From the NCBI GenBank assembly GCA_964560425.1, contig CAZLLE010000017.1, positions 9,084 through 73,083 on the forward strand: DNA of 64,000 nucleotides. The letters run 5' to 3'. A program made the translations under genes and the position numbers. How positions within the stretch are numbered: position 1 is the stretch's first letter; each line of letters starts with the position of its first letter. The stretch is from an uncultured Campylobacterales bacterium. Lineage in GTDB: Bacteria; Campylobacterota; Campylobacteria; Campylobacterales; QNZT01. Positions 29,096-38,942 of the stretch are shown here, in pieces. The notes beneath the pieces are model-generated. The model had not been told where the DNA came from. It searched no databases and saw only the letters and a list, made by a program, of their open reading frames with translations.

Positions 29096-30325
29096 ATGTT
29101 TAAAAATCTCTTAAAATCTCTTCTACTATTGCTTCTGCTTAGCTCCTCGATAAATGCTCTAGAGGTTCAAACGGAATATAGAGGATATAACTCTGCTATT
29201 GTATTGCATTTTGATACAGGAAATTACGAAAAACAAGCAGGGAAAATCAAAAAAAACTGGGTTGGAATATATAAAGTAGGAACATCCAATGCATGGGAAA
29301 ATGTTATTCAATGGGCTTGGGTTAAGGATATGGAAAAGCCTAAATATTCAAATCGTAAAATACGAGTATTAAAACTAGATAAACTTAATGCAGGAGATTA
29401 TGAGATTAGATTTTTTGTGGATAATAGTTACGATACTTTTGCCTCTTCAGAGTTTTTAATAAGTGATCAAGATAGTCTTCTTTCATTGTATCAAAAAAGT
29501 CAAAACAATATAGAGGTAGTGATTAGAGATATAAACCTTCTTGCAGAAGATACTTGGATTGCTATTTTCAAAAAAGATGATGTAAGTGAGAGGGAAAATA
29601 TTATAGATTGGAAATGGTGTAGATTTGGCGGTCCTGGTTCTGAGCATTTTCATTTTAAGACTTTTAATTATAAAAGTGGAGATTATGAAATAAGACTATT
29701 TCTAAATGGTTCTTATGATCTAGAAGATAGTTTAAAGTTTACTGTTAACAATGGAGCAGAGATACCAAAACTCTCTATATCATCTAGATTTGCTAATGTT
29801 ATCTATTTTAATGCTACACATGAAGCTGATGGAGAGAGTTGGATAGGTTTTTTTGAAAAAGGAGCTACAAGCAATAGAGCAAATCTTAAAAATTGGGCTT
29901 GGGTAACTACAGATGCTACACCTATAGAAATTGAAGATATGGAAGATGGTAAATATGATGTAAGGCTATTTTATAAAAATTCTTATGAAGTAAAAGCAGA
30001 GCTAGAGATTGAACTTGGGAGAAATCCATTTATTGATACTCCTTTTAGTGTTAATGAAAATTATACTTTATTGAAAATACGATTTATGTATGGAGTACCA
30101 TCAAATGCAACTGATTGGTTAGCTATTTTTAAAAAAGATGCAAAAAGAATAAAAGAGAATATTCTCTCTTGGGTATATGTAGGCGATAAAAGAGATGCCC
30201 TGAATGTAAGATATGTATTTATAAAAGTAGGTGATTTGCCTAATGGAGAGTATGATTTAGTATTTTTTGAAAATGATTCATATAAGCAGTATGGAATAAC
30301 GGGTAAAATTATACTTGATAGATAA
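29096..30325 (+). CDS. secreted protein built of four tandem modules of about 95 aa each (unknown family)
   Basis: Signal peptide. Four repeats follow the consensus W(I/V/L)(G/A)I(F/Y)K...N(I/L)..W.(W/Y)V...G(D/E/K)Y(E/D)(I/V/L)R(F/L)F...SY. The start at 29096 has an AAAGGA ribosome-binding site. Confidence 0.65.
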   Translation: MFKNLLKSLLLLLLLSSSINALEVQTEYRGYNSAIVLHFDTGNYEKQAGKIKKNWVGIYKVGTSNAWENVIQWAWVKDMEKPKYSNRKIRVLKLDKLNAGDYEIRFFVDNSYDTFASSEFLISDQDSLLSLYQKSQNNIEVVIRDINLLAEDTWIAIFKKDDVSERENIIDWKWCRFGGPGSEHFHFKTFNYKSGDYEIRLFLNGSYDLEDSLKFTVNNGAEIPKLSISSRFANVIYFNATHEADGESWIGFFEKGATSNRANLKNWAWVTTDATPIEIEDMEDGKYDVRLFYKNSYEVKAELEIELGRNPFIDTPFSVNENYTLLKIRFMYGVPSNATDWLAIFKKDAKRIKENILSWVYVGDKRDALNVRYVFIKVGDLPNGEYDLVFFENDSYKQYGITGKIILDR

Positions 30326-30454
30326 TTTTTATGCTAATTTTCATTAACTACTAATACAAAAACAACTTTTAAGTAAAATAATATCAAACTATTAAAATTT
30401 TTTAATATTTAAATGTTACAATTTAAACTGAATTTTAACATAAGAAGGTTGGAA

Positions 30455-31147
30455 ATGTCATTATCAAAAAAGGTAGTTGCTGAATTTATTGGTACATTTT
30501 GGTTGGTTTTAGGTGGAGCGGGGAGTGCTGTGCTTGCAGCGGCATACCCTGAACTTGGTATTGGTTTTATGGGAGTTGCTTTTGCTTTTGGTTTAACTGT
30601 TATGACTATGGCTTTTGCCATAGGTCATATTTCAGGATGTCATCTAAATCCTGCTGTATCTACAGGGCTTTTTGTAGCGGGTAAATTTCCAAAAAATGAA
30701 CTATTACCATATATTGCATCTCAGGTTTTGGGTGGTATTGCTGGAGCTACAGTTTTGTATCTTATTGCAACGGGCAAAGCTGGATTTGAAGTAGGTGGAT
30801 TTGCTTCAAATGGATATGGTGAACACTCTCCCGATGGATATAGTTTATTAGCAGCATTAATTACAGAAATTGTTATGACATTTATGTTTTTGATTATTAT
30901 TTTAGGGTCAACGGATAAAAGAGCACCAAGCGGATTTGCACCAATTGCTATTGGTCTCGGACTTACCCTAATTCACCTAATCAGTATTCCTGTAACAAAT
31001 ACATCTGTAAATCCTGCAAGAAGTACTGCTGTAGCTATATTTGCTGGAGACTGGGCAATTACACAACTATGGTTATTTTGGATTGCTCCAATTATCGGTG
31101 CAGTTTTGGCTGCATTAGTTTACAAATGGCTTGAAAAAGAAAAATAG
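30455..31147 (+). CDS. aqpZ: aquaporin Z
   Basis: Two NPA boxes (HLNPAVS, NPARS), six TM helices, and the N-terminal [13 protein letters not shown] block. Confidence 0.92.
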   Translation: MSLSKKVVAEFIGTFWLVLGGAGSAVLAAAYPELGIGFMGVAFAFGLTVMTMAFAIGHISGCHLNPAVSTGLFVAGKFPKNELLPYIASQVLGGIAGATVLYLIATGKAGFEVGGFASNGYGEHSPDGYSLLAALITEIVMTFMFLIIILGSTDKRAPSGFAPIAIGLGLTLIHLISIPVTNTSVNPARSTAVAIFAGDWAITQLWLFWIAPIIGAVLAALVYKWLEKEK

Positions 31148-31148
31148 T

Positions 31149-31173
31149 AAAAGGGGATAAATCATCCCCTTTT
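31149..31173. terminator. bidirectional terminator hairpin
   Basis: 9-bp stem aaaagggga / tcccctttt with a 7-nt loop, between the convergent aqpZ and PAS genes. Confidence 0.7.
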
Positions 31174-31179
31174 TATAGA

Positions 31180-31701
31180 CTAAAACTTATATATTTCATC
31201 CATAAGATTTGCAAAAGTGATCTCTTCACCTCTCTCTTTTAGATAATTGTTCAAAAACTTCTCACTAGCTTCCATGCCATCTTTTTTCTCTACTTCTAAA
31301 ACTTTTGCATAAATATCGGCTATAGTTTCTATAGTGTGTTTTGGTGCAGATTTTCTATGTGCTGTATATCCTGTTACTTCACCATTTGCATTTTTTACTG
31401 GCTCAAATGTTGTAAAAATCCAGTAATATCTTCCATCTTTGGAGAGGTTTTTTACCAATGCCAAAATATCATGACCTGCTTTTAGTTGTTCCCACATAAG
31501 CTTGAATACAACTTTTGGCATATCGGGATGACGAATGATATTGTGAGATTTACCGATTAGTTCATCTCTTGAATAGCCTGAAATCTCAACAAAATAGTCA
31601 TTTACATCGGTAATAAGACCTTTTGTATCTGTACTGCTAATAATATACTTTTTTGGTTCTAACTTAATCTCTTCATCAATTGGAGTAGGTTTTTTAGACA
31701 T
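31180..31701 (-). CDS. stand-alone PAS-domain protein (Aer/CetB-like energy-taxis sensor module)
   Basis: ISSTDTKGLITDVNDYFVEISGYSRDELIGKSHNIIRHPDMP...DGRYYW matches the Aer-type FAD-PAS signature. There is no output domain. Confidence 0.8.
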   Translation of the reverse strand: MSKKPTPIDEEIKLEPKKYIISSTDTKGLITDVNDYFVEISGYSRDELIGKSHNIIRHPDMPKVVFKLMWEQLKAGHDILALVKNLSKDGRYYWIFTTFEPVKNANGEVTGYTAHRKSAPKHTIETIADIYAKVLEVEKKDGMEASEKFLNNYLKERGEEITFANLMDEIYKF

Positions 31702-31843
31702 CTTATATTCCTCATATTTTTGGCTCATGATACTAATAATATGTTGAATTTCAAACTATAGTAAAAATGAGTATTATTAATCCTTTTTATATACTTAAAA
31801 AAAGTTAAAATATTTTTTAGTTAAGGGTGCTATAATATATCTT

Positions 31844-32626
31844 ATGAAAAAGATTCTAATAACAAATGATGATGGTTTTGATAGTGATGGTTTAAAAGCC
31901 CTTGTATCAGCAGTAAAAGATTTAGCAGAGGTAATTGTTGTAGCTCCTACATTGGAGAAGTCAGCTTCTGGACATAGTTTGACTTTAATTAGACCTTTGC
32001 GTTTTGTGGAGTTAGAACATAATTTTTATAAGCTTGATGATGGAACGCCTACAGATTGTATATATTTGGCACTCAATGCTCTTTTTAAAGAGGATGAAAA
32101 ACCTGATTTAATTATTAGTGGTATCAATAAAGGCTCAAATTTGGGTGAAGATATTACATATAGTGGTACAGTTGCGGGGGCGATGGAGGGTGTAATTCAA
32201 GGAGTTCCTTCTATTGCTATTTCGCAAGTTTATCGAGGTGGAAAACATACTCTTGGATTTGATGGTTACAATTTGGCAAAAGAGGTGACTAGAGAGTTAG
32301 TCAAAAAGATATTTAATGGTTCATTTCCTTTAGGGGAGAGAAAATTATTAAATATTAATGTTCCACCTGTTTCAAAAAGTGAATCTAAAGGGTACAAAGT
32401 GACTAAAAGTGGATATCGGATATATGGAAATGATGCTCACATGCACAAAAATCCGAGAGGTGAAGAGCATTATTGGATTGGTTTGCATCCATTAGATTGG
32501 AAAAACAGTACAGATGAATATATGAGTGATTTAGAGGCGATTAATGCAAACTACATCTCTATCACTCCTATTCATTTAGATATGACCTCTTATGAAGATA
32601 TACGAAGAGTTCAAGAGTGGATTTAA
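31844..32626 (+). CDS. surE: 5'/3'-nucleotidase SurE
   Basis: MKKILITNDDGFDSDGL and GINKGSNLGEDITYSGTVAGAMEG. Confidence 0.92.
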   Translation: MKKILITNDDGFDSDGLKALVSAVKDLAEVIVVAPTLEKSASGHSLTLIRPLRFVELEHNFYKLDDGTPTDCIYLALNALFKEDEKPDLIISGINKGSNLGEDITYSGTVAGAMEGVIQGVPSIAISQVYRGGKHTLGFDGYNLAKEVTRELVKKIFNGSFPLGERKLLNINVPPVSKSESKGYKVTKSGYRIYGNDAHMHKNPRGEEHYWIGLHPLDWKNSTDEYMSDLEAINANYISITPIHLDMTSYEDIRRVQEWI

Positions 32627-33255
32627 AATTTGACAGATCTAAGATCTTATTTGGAGAGGATTTCCAAAAAATACAATCTACTAGAGTTCTTCTTATTGGT
32701 GTTGGGGGTGTTGGTGGATATTGCCTTGATTGTCTTTGTCGAAGTGGATTAAGTGATATTACTATTGTTGATTTTGATACATTTGAAGCTAGTAATCAAA
32801 ATAGACAGATAGGGAGTGAAGCTTTGGGAGCTATAAAAGTGGAACATCTGAAAACATTATATCCATCTATAAAAACAATTAATACAAAAGTTACGCCCTC
32901 GTGGTGTGAAGAGTTTGATTTTGAATCATTTGATCTAATCATTGATGCTATTGATGATATGAGTGCAAAAGTATCAATAGCAAATAATGCAGGAGATAAA
33001 CTAATTAGCTCTATGGGCGGAGCAAAACTAATTGATCCTACACAGATAGAGATTGGTTCTATTTGGAAAACTCATGGGGAAGGACTTGCCAAAAAGTTTC
33101 GTTATGAGCTTAGAAAAAGTGGTTTTAAGGGTGATTTTGAAGTAGTTTTTTCACCTGAAAAATCAAAGTGTGAAGGAATGGGAAGTTTTGTGGGTGTTAC
33201 TGGCTCTTTTGGTTTGACTCTTTGCTCTTTAGCTATTAGGAAAATTCTCTCATGA
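32617..33255 (+). CDS. ThiF/MoeB-fold adenylyltransferase, TcdA(CsdL)-like
   Basis: Rossmann motif IGVGGVGGY and DFDTFEASNQNRQ. GTG start overlapping surE. Confidence 0.75.
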   Translation: MDLKFDRSKILFGEDFQKIQSTRVLLIGVGGVGGYCLDCLCRSGLSDITIVDFDTFEASNQNRQIGSEALGAIKVEHLKTLYPSIKTINTKVTPSWCEEFDFESFDLIIDAIDDMSAKVSIANNAGDKLISSMGGAKLIDPTQIEIGSIWKTHGEGLAKKFRYELRKSGFKGDFEVVFSPEKSKCEGMGSFVGVTGSFGLTLCSLAIRKILS

Positions 33256-34208
33256 AAAAGATCTTTTCTATCATAGTTTCATCTTTTGTCGTTCTTTTTG
33301 GTTTTTCAGTGCCATCATTTCGTATGATGCCTATATCATATAAAGATGGTAATTTTATGGGAATTAAAATTCTTGATAGTATGGTAGTTGAGAATAGTAT
33401 GATAGATTCAATTAGACTTTTTGGACTTTCAGGATTGGCTTATGATAATGAAGATGATATATTGTACTCTATTAGTGATAGAGGAAGCCTTTTTAAATTC
33501 AAATTGATACTCAAAGATAATAAAATTATTTCACTAAAGCCACTAAGTGCTAAAAAGTTGATGGCAAAACATAACCGTACTTTTCTAAAACCATATCGAG
33601 ATTCAGAGGGACTTGCTATTGTTGGAAAAGGGGAAAATAAACACCTATTAATCTCTTATGAATGGAAACATAGAGTTAGCCAATTTACTCTCAATGGAAT
33701 AGAGATAAGCTCTATTTTATTACCCAAACCTTTAAAAGTATATAGGTATTATAAAAATAACAATAGTTCGTTAGAGTCTGTAACTTATCATCCAAAATAT
33801 GGTTTTATTACCTCACCAGAAGAACCTCTTAGAGTACAGAAAAATGGTTATCATGGGATATATAATAGAGATGGTGAAATATGTAAAATTAGAAAACTCA
33901 ATAAAAAAAACAGTATTACCTCTATTGAAGTTATGAAAGATAACAATCTATTAGTTTTATTAAGATCTTTTAATATGATGAAATTTGAGTTTGATATAAC
34001 ACTTAAAAAAGTTTATCTTGATAATATCTCTGATGGAGTCTGCAAGAGTAAAGATTTGGCAGTCATGAAGAGTAAAGATGGTTGGAATTTGGATAATTTT
34101 GAAGGATTAACCAAATATAAGGATAATCAATATCTCATGATAAGTGATGATAATGGTAATTTTTTGCAATCTACAATTTTAACACTATTTGAAATAAAGG
34201 AGTCATGA
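33252..34208 (+). CDS. secreted protein, esterase-like/phytase-like domain (tentative)
   Basis: Signal peptide and blocks DSEGLAI and NFEGL. Assignment from general resemblance only. Confidence 0.5.
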   Translation: MKKIFSIIVSSFVVLFGFSVPSFRMMPISYKDGNFMGIKILDSMVVENSMIDSIRLFGLSGLAYDNEDDILYSISDRGSLFKFKLILKDNKIISLKPLSAKKLMAKHNRTFLKPYRDSEGLAIVGKGENKHLLISYEWKHRVSQFTLNGIEISSILLPKPLKVYRYYKNNNSSLESVTYHPKYGFITSPEEPLRVQKNGYHGIYNRDGEICKIRKLNKKNSITSIEVMKDNNLLVLLRSFNMMKFEFDITLKKVYLDNISDGVCKSKDLAVMKSKDGWNLDNFEGLTKYKDNQYLMISDDNGNFLQSTILTLFEIKES

Positions 34209-35107
34209 AGATGGTAGGAAAAGTTTTATTGGCATTATCTCTGTTAGCAGGAAGTGTAAATGCACTAGATTTTCGTTATGGAAAAGGTTCATTTGATACG
34301 GATATAAGTATCAAATATTTTATGGATCATGAGATAGATTATGATATTGATGTTTTTGCCCTGAGTGAACAACATAAACCATTTAGCTCTTATCCTCTTT
34401 TTTTCTATTATGATGCAGAGTTATATGTATCAGATACACAAGAAGCCGATGTAGATTTTGCAAATCCTATGGCGGATATTCAGATGCCATTTTTTGGTAG
34501 TGCAAATGACATGCTAGATACTTTTACTGGCTTTTTTCCTGTACATGGTGATTATGATGCTTTGGGATTTGATTTTAATTTTGGTTTGGGTTATGATCTA
34601 TATAGAAAGGGAGAAAGCTTTTTTGGTATAGCTATCAATAGTGGTGCTTCTATGCCAATGATGAGTGCTGAAAATTTGGAAGATAAAGGTCAATTTGCAT
34701 TTGATTTAATGGATACATTTGACTTAGATATTAGCACATACAAAATCGGACCCGCACTAAAAGCAAACTTTGTATTAAATAATAAACTATCCCTATATGG
34801 AAGTTATAGTTATGGTTTTCAAACTGCTACAATTGAGAGTGATCTATTTAAATCAGATGTAGATGTAGATGGTAGCTACTCTCTTTTGGATATTGGGCTA
34901 AGATTTAGACCATGGAAAGAGAAAACAACTTATGGTTCTATAACTTTTTCACCTAAGTTATCCTTTACTTTAGGACATACAAATAAAAGCTGGGAAGTAG
35001 ATAGTGTAAAAGTTAATTTATATGGATTTAGAACAGATATATTTAGACCATTTACAGCCGACTATAAAAGTAGTTATACATATTTAAGTGTTGGTTATAG
35101 TTTTTAG
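34205..35107 (+). CDS. putative outer-membrane beta-barrel protein
   Basis: Signal peptide ending VNA, alternating amphipathic strands, and the C-terminal sequence YTYLSVGYSF ending in Phe. Confidence 0.55.
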   Translation: MKMVGKVLLALSLLAGSVNALDFRYGKGSFDTDISIKYFMDHEIDYDIDVFALSEQHKPFSSYPLFFYYDAELYVSDTQEADVDFANPMADIQMPFFGSANDMLDTFTGFFPVHGDYDALGFDFNFGLGYDLYRKGESFFGIAINSGASMPMMSAENLEDKGQFAFDLMDTFDLDISTYKIGPALKANFVLNNKLSLYGSYSYGFQTATIESDLFKSDVDVDGSYSLLDIGLRFRPWKEKTTYGSITFSPKLSFTLGHTNKSWEVDSVKVNLYGFRTDIFRPFTADYKSSYTYLSVGYSF

Positions 35108-35128
35108 TAGAGGATCAAACCTCTACTA
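35105..35128. terminator. bidirectional terminator hairpin
   Basis: Perfect 9-bp stem tagtagagg / cctctacta with a 6-nt loop, overlapping the stop codon, between convergent genes. Confidence 0.65.
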
Positions 35129-35132
35129 GATT

Positions 35133-35279
35133 TTATCTACAAGGTACACATGTAGTACAATTTGTAGATGGAACACAATTTGGATAGATATCACAACCTG
35201 TTGTAGGTACCTTTTGACTACAGCCACTCATGGTAGCAATTGTCAATGCTAATATTGAACTAAAAAGTAATATTTTCAT
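35133..35279 (-). CDS. unannotated small Cys-rich lipoprotein (48 aa)
   Basis: Not in the ORF track because it is under 60 aa. My translation is MKILLFSSILALTIATMSGCSQKVPTTGCDIYPNCVPSTNCTTCVPCR. It has a strong AAGGAG ribosome-binding site and a lipobox (MSGC), with 7 Cys in the 29-aa mature part. Confidence 0.5.
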   Translation of the reverse strand: MKILLFSSILALTIATMSGCSQKVPTTGCDIYPNCVPSTNCTTCVPCR

Positions 35280-35369
35280 CTCTTCTCCTTTAATTAGACA
35301 ATTAAACTTTACCTAAAGATAAATTATATTACTCTTAACTACTCTCTTATACCTATCTTAATCTTCTAA

Positions 35370-35963
35370 CTATACTTTTTCTTCACACTTATCAACTTTT
35401 AAATAAAAAAATAGATTTATCACTCCGCCAATAGTTGCAGCTAGTGTATCTTTATGAGCATCCCAAACATCTCCTTGAGTCCCTAAAAATGCCATGCCAA
35501 GATCGGGATGAAAAATTACAGCAGCTGCCCACTCAAGAAGTTCATATAAAGTTGCAATAGAGATAATTGCAGAGAGTGTAAAAATTACAGTCACCCTGCT
35601 CTTTTGTGTATAAAATGTAATTATCTCCAAAATTGGTCTAAAAAGAAGTAGCCCAAATAGGAAATGAACAACCCTATCATAATTATTTCTATCAAATGAG
35701 AAAAATTCCATAACAGGCTTAAAAAATGGAGTTTCAGCGTAAGTATAGTGAGCCCCTATAGTATGCAAGGTTGTAAATATAAAAAGCATTATTATAGTGA
35801 TAAAACTAAAACAATACTTCATATCCATCCAAATAATAATAGGAAAAAAGATAAAAATAAGAACATTTTCAAGTAACCAATCTTGACGATACTTAGGATT
35901 TATCGCCAAAAGTAACCAAATAACAATATAAATGGCATACATTATTTTATGAGATTTAGGCAT
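35370..35963 (-). CDS. DUF2238 (YjdF-like) inner-membrane protein, second paralog
   Basis: Shares the blocks GAHYTYAETP, RNNYDRVVHF, YELLEWA and FLGTQGDVWDAHKD with the gene at 14489-15079. Confidence 0.7.
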   Translation of the reverse strand: MPKSHKIMYAIYIVIWLLLAINPKYRQDWLLENVLIFIFFPIIIWMDMKYCFSFITIIMLFIFTTLHTIGAHYTYAETPFFKPVMEFFSFDRNNYDRVVHFLFGLLLFRPILEIITFYTQKSRVTVIFTLSAIISIATLYELLEWAAAVIFHPDLGMAFLGTQGDVWDAHKDTLAATIGGVINLFFYLKVDKCEEKV

Positions 35964-36077
35964 AAAAAGCTCCTACTTCTTTCTTGAATTTACTTATGAA
36001 GTCTATTATATACTCATATTGATTGGCTTAAGCTTAAAATAAATCAATATGAGTATAATTTCATAAAAAGGACTATT

Positions 36078-36242
36078 ATGAAAGATATAGATATTGTTAG
36101 AATTATAGATATTCCACCCGCAACATTAACACGATGGAAAAAAGCAGGTGATTTTAGAAAAATTTTATATACGATTGTTAAAAGTATGAGCAAAGAAGAA
36201 TTAAAACAATATATACAAAATAAAGACAATTCAAACGAGTAG
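36078..36242 (+). CDS. possible small helix-turn-helix protein (54 aa)
   Basis: My translation is MKDIDIVRIIDIPPATLTRWKKAGDFRKILYTIVKSMSKEELKQYIQNKDNSNE. It has an AAAGGA ribosome-binding site and an excisionase/MerR-like HTH pattern (I..I..TL.RW.K.G). It competes with a track ORF on the opposite strand. Confidence 0.4.
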   Translation: MKDIDIVRIIDIPPATLTRWKKAGDFRKILYTIVKSMSKEELKQYIQNKDNSNE

Positions 36243-36389
36243 GACTCTAGCCGTTTATATCCACCCCTTAAAAGAGGTTGTTTTACACTAAGTTACCGAT
36301 AAAAGAGACAAAAGAGTAAAATAGAGTCAATATTTTATAAAGGTTTCAGATGCTAAAAAGAAAACTTAAAAATTTAAATATAATTAACT

Positions 36390-37673
36390 TTGGAATTGAT
36401 TATTGTGAATGAATTTGAACTAGGACATCTATTTCTATATTTATCACTCATATTCGCACTTACTTTTGGTGTGGGGTATGTTTTTTCAAAATTTCGTCTA
36501 CCGTCTATTCTTGCTGCACTTTTTGTAGGTATAGCTCTTAGTTTTACCTCTTTGTCCTCAGCTCTTCATATAGCTAAATTTGAGACTATTTTTGAATTTC
36601 TATCATCTTTGGGAGTTCTATTTTTACTATTTTATATAGGACTACAAATAGATCTAAAAGAGATGAAAAAATCAAGTTCAAATATCCTTTGGCTCACTAT
36701 TTTAAATACCCTATTTCCTTTTATATTTGGGGTGATTGCTATGCTTTTTTATGGATATGGTTGGGCTATCGCTATGGTTATAGGTATGACTCGTATGCCT
36801 ACTGCTGAAGCAGTTATAGTACCTATACTCGATGAATTTAAGATGCTAAAAACAAAAGTAGGTACTTATATTATTGGAGCTGGTGTACTTGATGATGTTA
36901 TAGAAGTTATATTAGTAGGCATTGTTTCAATATGGATAGGAACAAAAACAGGTGAGAATCATGGTGGAATAGTTGCTTTACTCGTGGGTATAGGCTCTTT
37001 TTTGATAATTTGTTGGCTATTTTATCGATATCTACCAATCATCCTTAAAAATTATAAAGCTAAAGATTTAAATACTCTAATGATCTTTTCACTTATAATA
37101 CTTTTTGGTTTTGGTGGATATGGTGAATATGTAGAGATTGGAATGGTTGTAGGAGCAATCTTTGCAGGTATCATAATGAGACCTTTTTTTGAAGACAATG
37201 AAAAAAGAGGAGAACTTCTATCTAAAACTACACAAACAATAAGTTATGGTTTTTTTGGTGTACTCTTTTTCTTTTGGGTAGGTTTTAATATAAATATGGG
37301 AGATTTTTTAAAAGAACCTCTTTTGGCAATACTACTATATCTATCAGGAAGTGTTGGAAAACTTATTGGTGTACTTTTAATGGTACCTATGAAAAAACTA
37401 AATTTAAAAGAGGCTGTTATCATTGGAGTTGGATTAGATGCACAATTAACAACTGAAATTATTGTTGCACAACTTCTATACTCCGCTTCAATCATAGATC
37501 TACAACTTTTTACTGCATTGGTAGCAGCCTCATCATTTACAGCTATCACTGTACCACTTATGTTTACACTTCTAATTCGATATTGGGGCAAAAAAGCATG
37601 TGATGATATTGAACCATCTTCCTCTTTTTCAGAGCTGAAAAAAAATACTTTTTATCATGACAAAACTTTATAA
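36390..37673 (+). CDS. cation:proton antiporter (CPA2/Kef-type membrane domain)
   Basis: About 12 TM helices with Na+/H+ exchanger family-like blocks. The start codon is uncertain (TTG at 36390 or GTG at 36405). Confidence 0.78.
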   Translation: MELIIVNEFELGHLFLYLSLIFALTFGVGYVFSKFRLPSILAALFVGIALSFTSLSSALHIAKFETIFEFLSSLGVLFLLFYIGLQIDLKEMKKSSSNILWLTILNTLFPFIFGVIAMLFYGYGWAIAMVIGMTRMPTAEAVIVPILDEFKMLKTKVGTYIIGAGVLDDVIEVILVGIVSIWIGTKTGENHGGIVALLVGIGSFLIICWLFYRYLPIILKNYKAKDLNTLMIFSLIILFGFGGYGEYVEIGMVVGAIFAGIIMRPFFEDNEKRGELLSKTTQTISYGFFGVLFFFWVGFNINMGDFLKEPLLAILLYLSGSVGKLIGVLLMVPMKKLNLKEAVIIGVGLDAQLTTEIIVAQLLYSASIIDLQLFTALVAASSFTAITVPLMFTLLIRYWGKKACDDIEPSSSFSELKKNTFYHDKTL

Positions 37674-37688
37674 AGGGATAAGGTATAA

Positions 37689-38942
37689 ATGGAACTTTTA
37701 ATAATCAAACAGTTGGCTATAACCTTAGTTATAGGAATGATGATAGGTCTTCAAAGGGAGATGCATTATCACAAAAAAAAAGAGATAAGTTTTGCAGGAA
37801 CTAGAACTTTTGCTTTAATTGCACTTTTGGGATATTTAAGTGCTTGGTTACAATCCTTTTCACCACTATTTCTAGTAGTATCTTTGTCTATTTTTGGATT
37901 ATTACTCCTTGTCTCATATATAATCAAAAATATAAATGGAGCTTCCCATGGTGCTACAACTGAAATGGCTGCTCTTATCACTTTTATACTAGGGGTGATG
38001 CTCTCTTTTTCACTAGAAAATTATGCAATAGGTCTTGCTGTTATTATACTTTTTTTACTAGAAATAAAAGGTGATATTTCAAAAATTGAGGAGCATATTA
38101 CATCACAAGATCTAAGTTCAATGACACTCTTTTTGATGATGAGTTTTGTTGTACTTCCACTTTTACCAGATAAAATGGTTGATCCTTTTGGTATATTTAA
38201 CCCTTATAAGACCTGGCTTATGGTAGTTTTAATAGCAGGTATCTCTTTTATAGGATATATTGCAATAAAAATACTTGGAAATAAAAGAGGAGTTTATCTA
38301 ACAGGTATCTTTGGAGGTCTTGTCTCTTCTACTGCTGTTTCTATCACTCTTTCAAAGCTATATGCATTGCAGAAAACATTTTTAAAAAATTTTGCAGGAG
38401 GAATTGCTATAGCTTCAACAATTATGTATCTAAGAGTACTTTTGGAGACCTCCTTTTTCAATCTATCTTTGACAAAAGCTCTTGCTATTCCCTATCTTGG
38501 AGCAACTACTGTAGGACTTCTATTTGTCTTTTATCTCTATAAACATGAGGGAGTACATAAAATAACACAAATAGAAGCCAATAAAAATCCTTTAGATCTT
38601 TCAGAGGCATTAAAACTCGGTCTTCTATTTGGATTAATCTTTGGATCAATAGGAATATTTCAATCAAAATTTGGAGACTCAGGAGTCTATATCATCTCAT
38701 TTTTATCTGGATTTACAGATGTAGATGCCATAACTCTCTCACTCTCACAATTAGCCCACCATAAAATCAGTCAAGAGGTAGCAATGAGTGGAATTATTAT
38801 CGCGTCTATTGTAAATTCACTAGTAAAACTAGGAATTGTATTTATACTTGGAGGTAAGAAACTTGGGCTTTTAATGGCTCTTTTTTATCTTCTTAGTATA
38901 GGGGTACTTCTTGGTGCTACCTATTTTGATATTGTAATTTGA
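37689..38942 (+). CDS. MgtC/SapB-family membrane protein with a DUF4010 domain
   Basis: N-terminal MgtC-like block (IGLQRE...GTRTFALIAL), followed by a long polytopic DUF4010-like region. Confidence 0.7.
   Translation: MELLIIKQLAITLVIGMMIGLQREMHYHKKKEISFAGTRTFALIALLGYLSAWLQSFSPLFLVVSLSIFGLLLLVSYIIKNINGASHGATTEMAALITFILGVMLSFSLENYAIGLAVIILFLLEIKGDISKIEEHITSQDLSSMTLFLMMSFVVLPLLPDKMVDPFGIFNPYKTWLMVVLIAGISFIGYIAIKILGNKRGVYLTGIFGGLVSSTAVSITLSKLYALQKTFLKNFAGGIAIASTIMYLRVLLETSFFNLSLTKALAIPYLGATTVGLLFVFYLYKHEGVHKITQIEANKNPLDLSEALKLGLLFGLIFGSIGIFQSKFGDSGVYIISFLSGFTDVDAITLSLSQLAHHKISQEVAMSGIIIASIVNSLVKLGIVFILGGKKLGLLMALFYLLSIGVLLGATYFDIVI

Noticed and set aside
36044-36229. 61-aa minus-strand ORF in the gap before the antiporter gene
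   Set aside because: The sequence is hydrophobic and low in complexity with no ribosome-binding site. The overlapping plus-strand 54-codon ORF has a ribosome-binding site and an HTH-like pattern, so it was preferred, though with low confidence.
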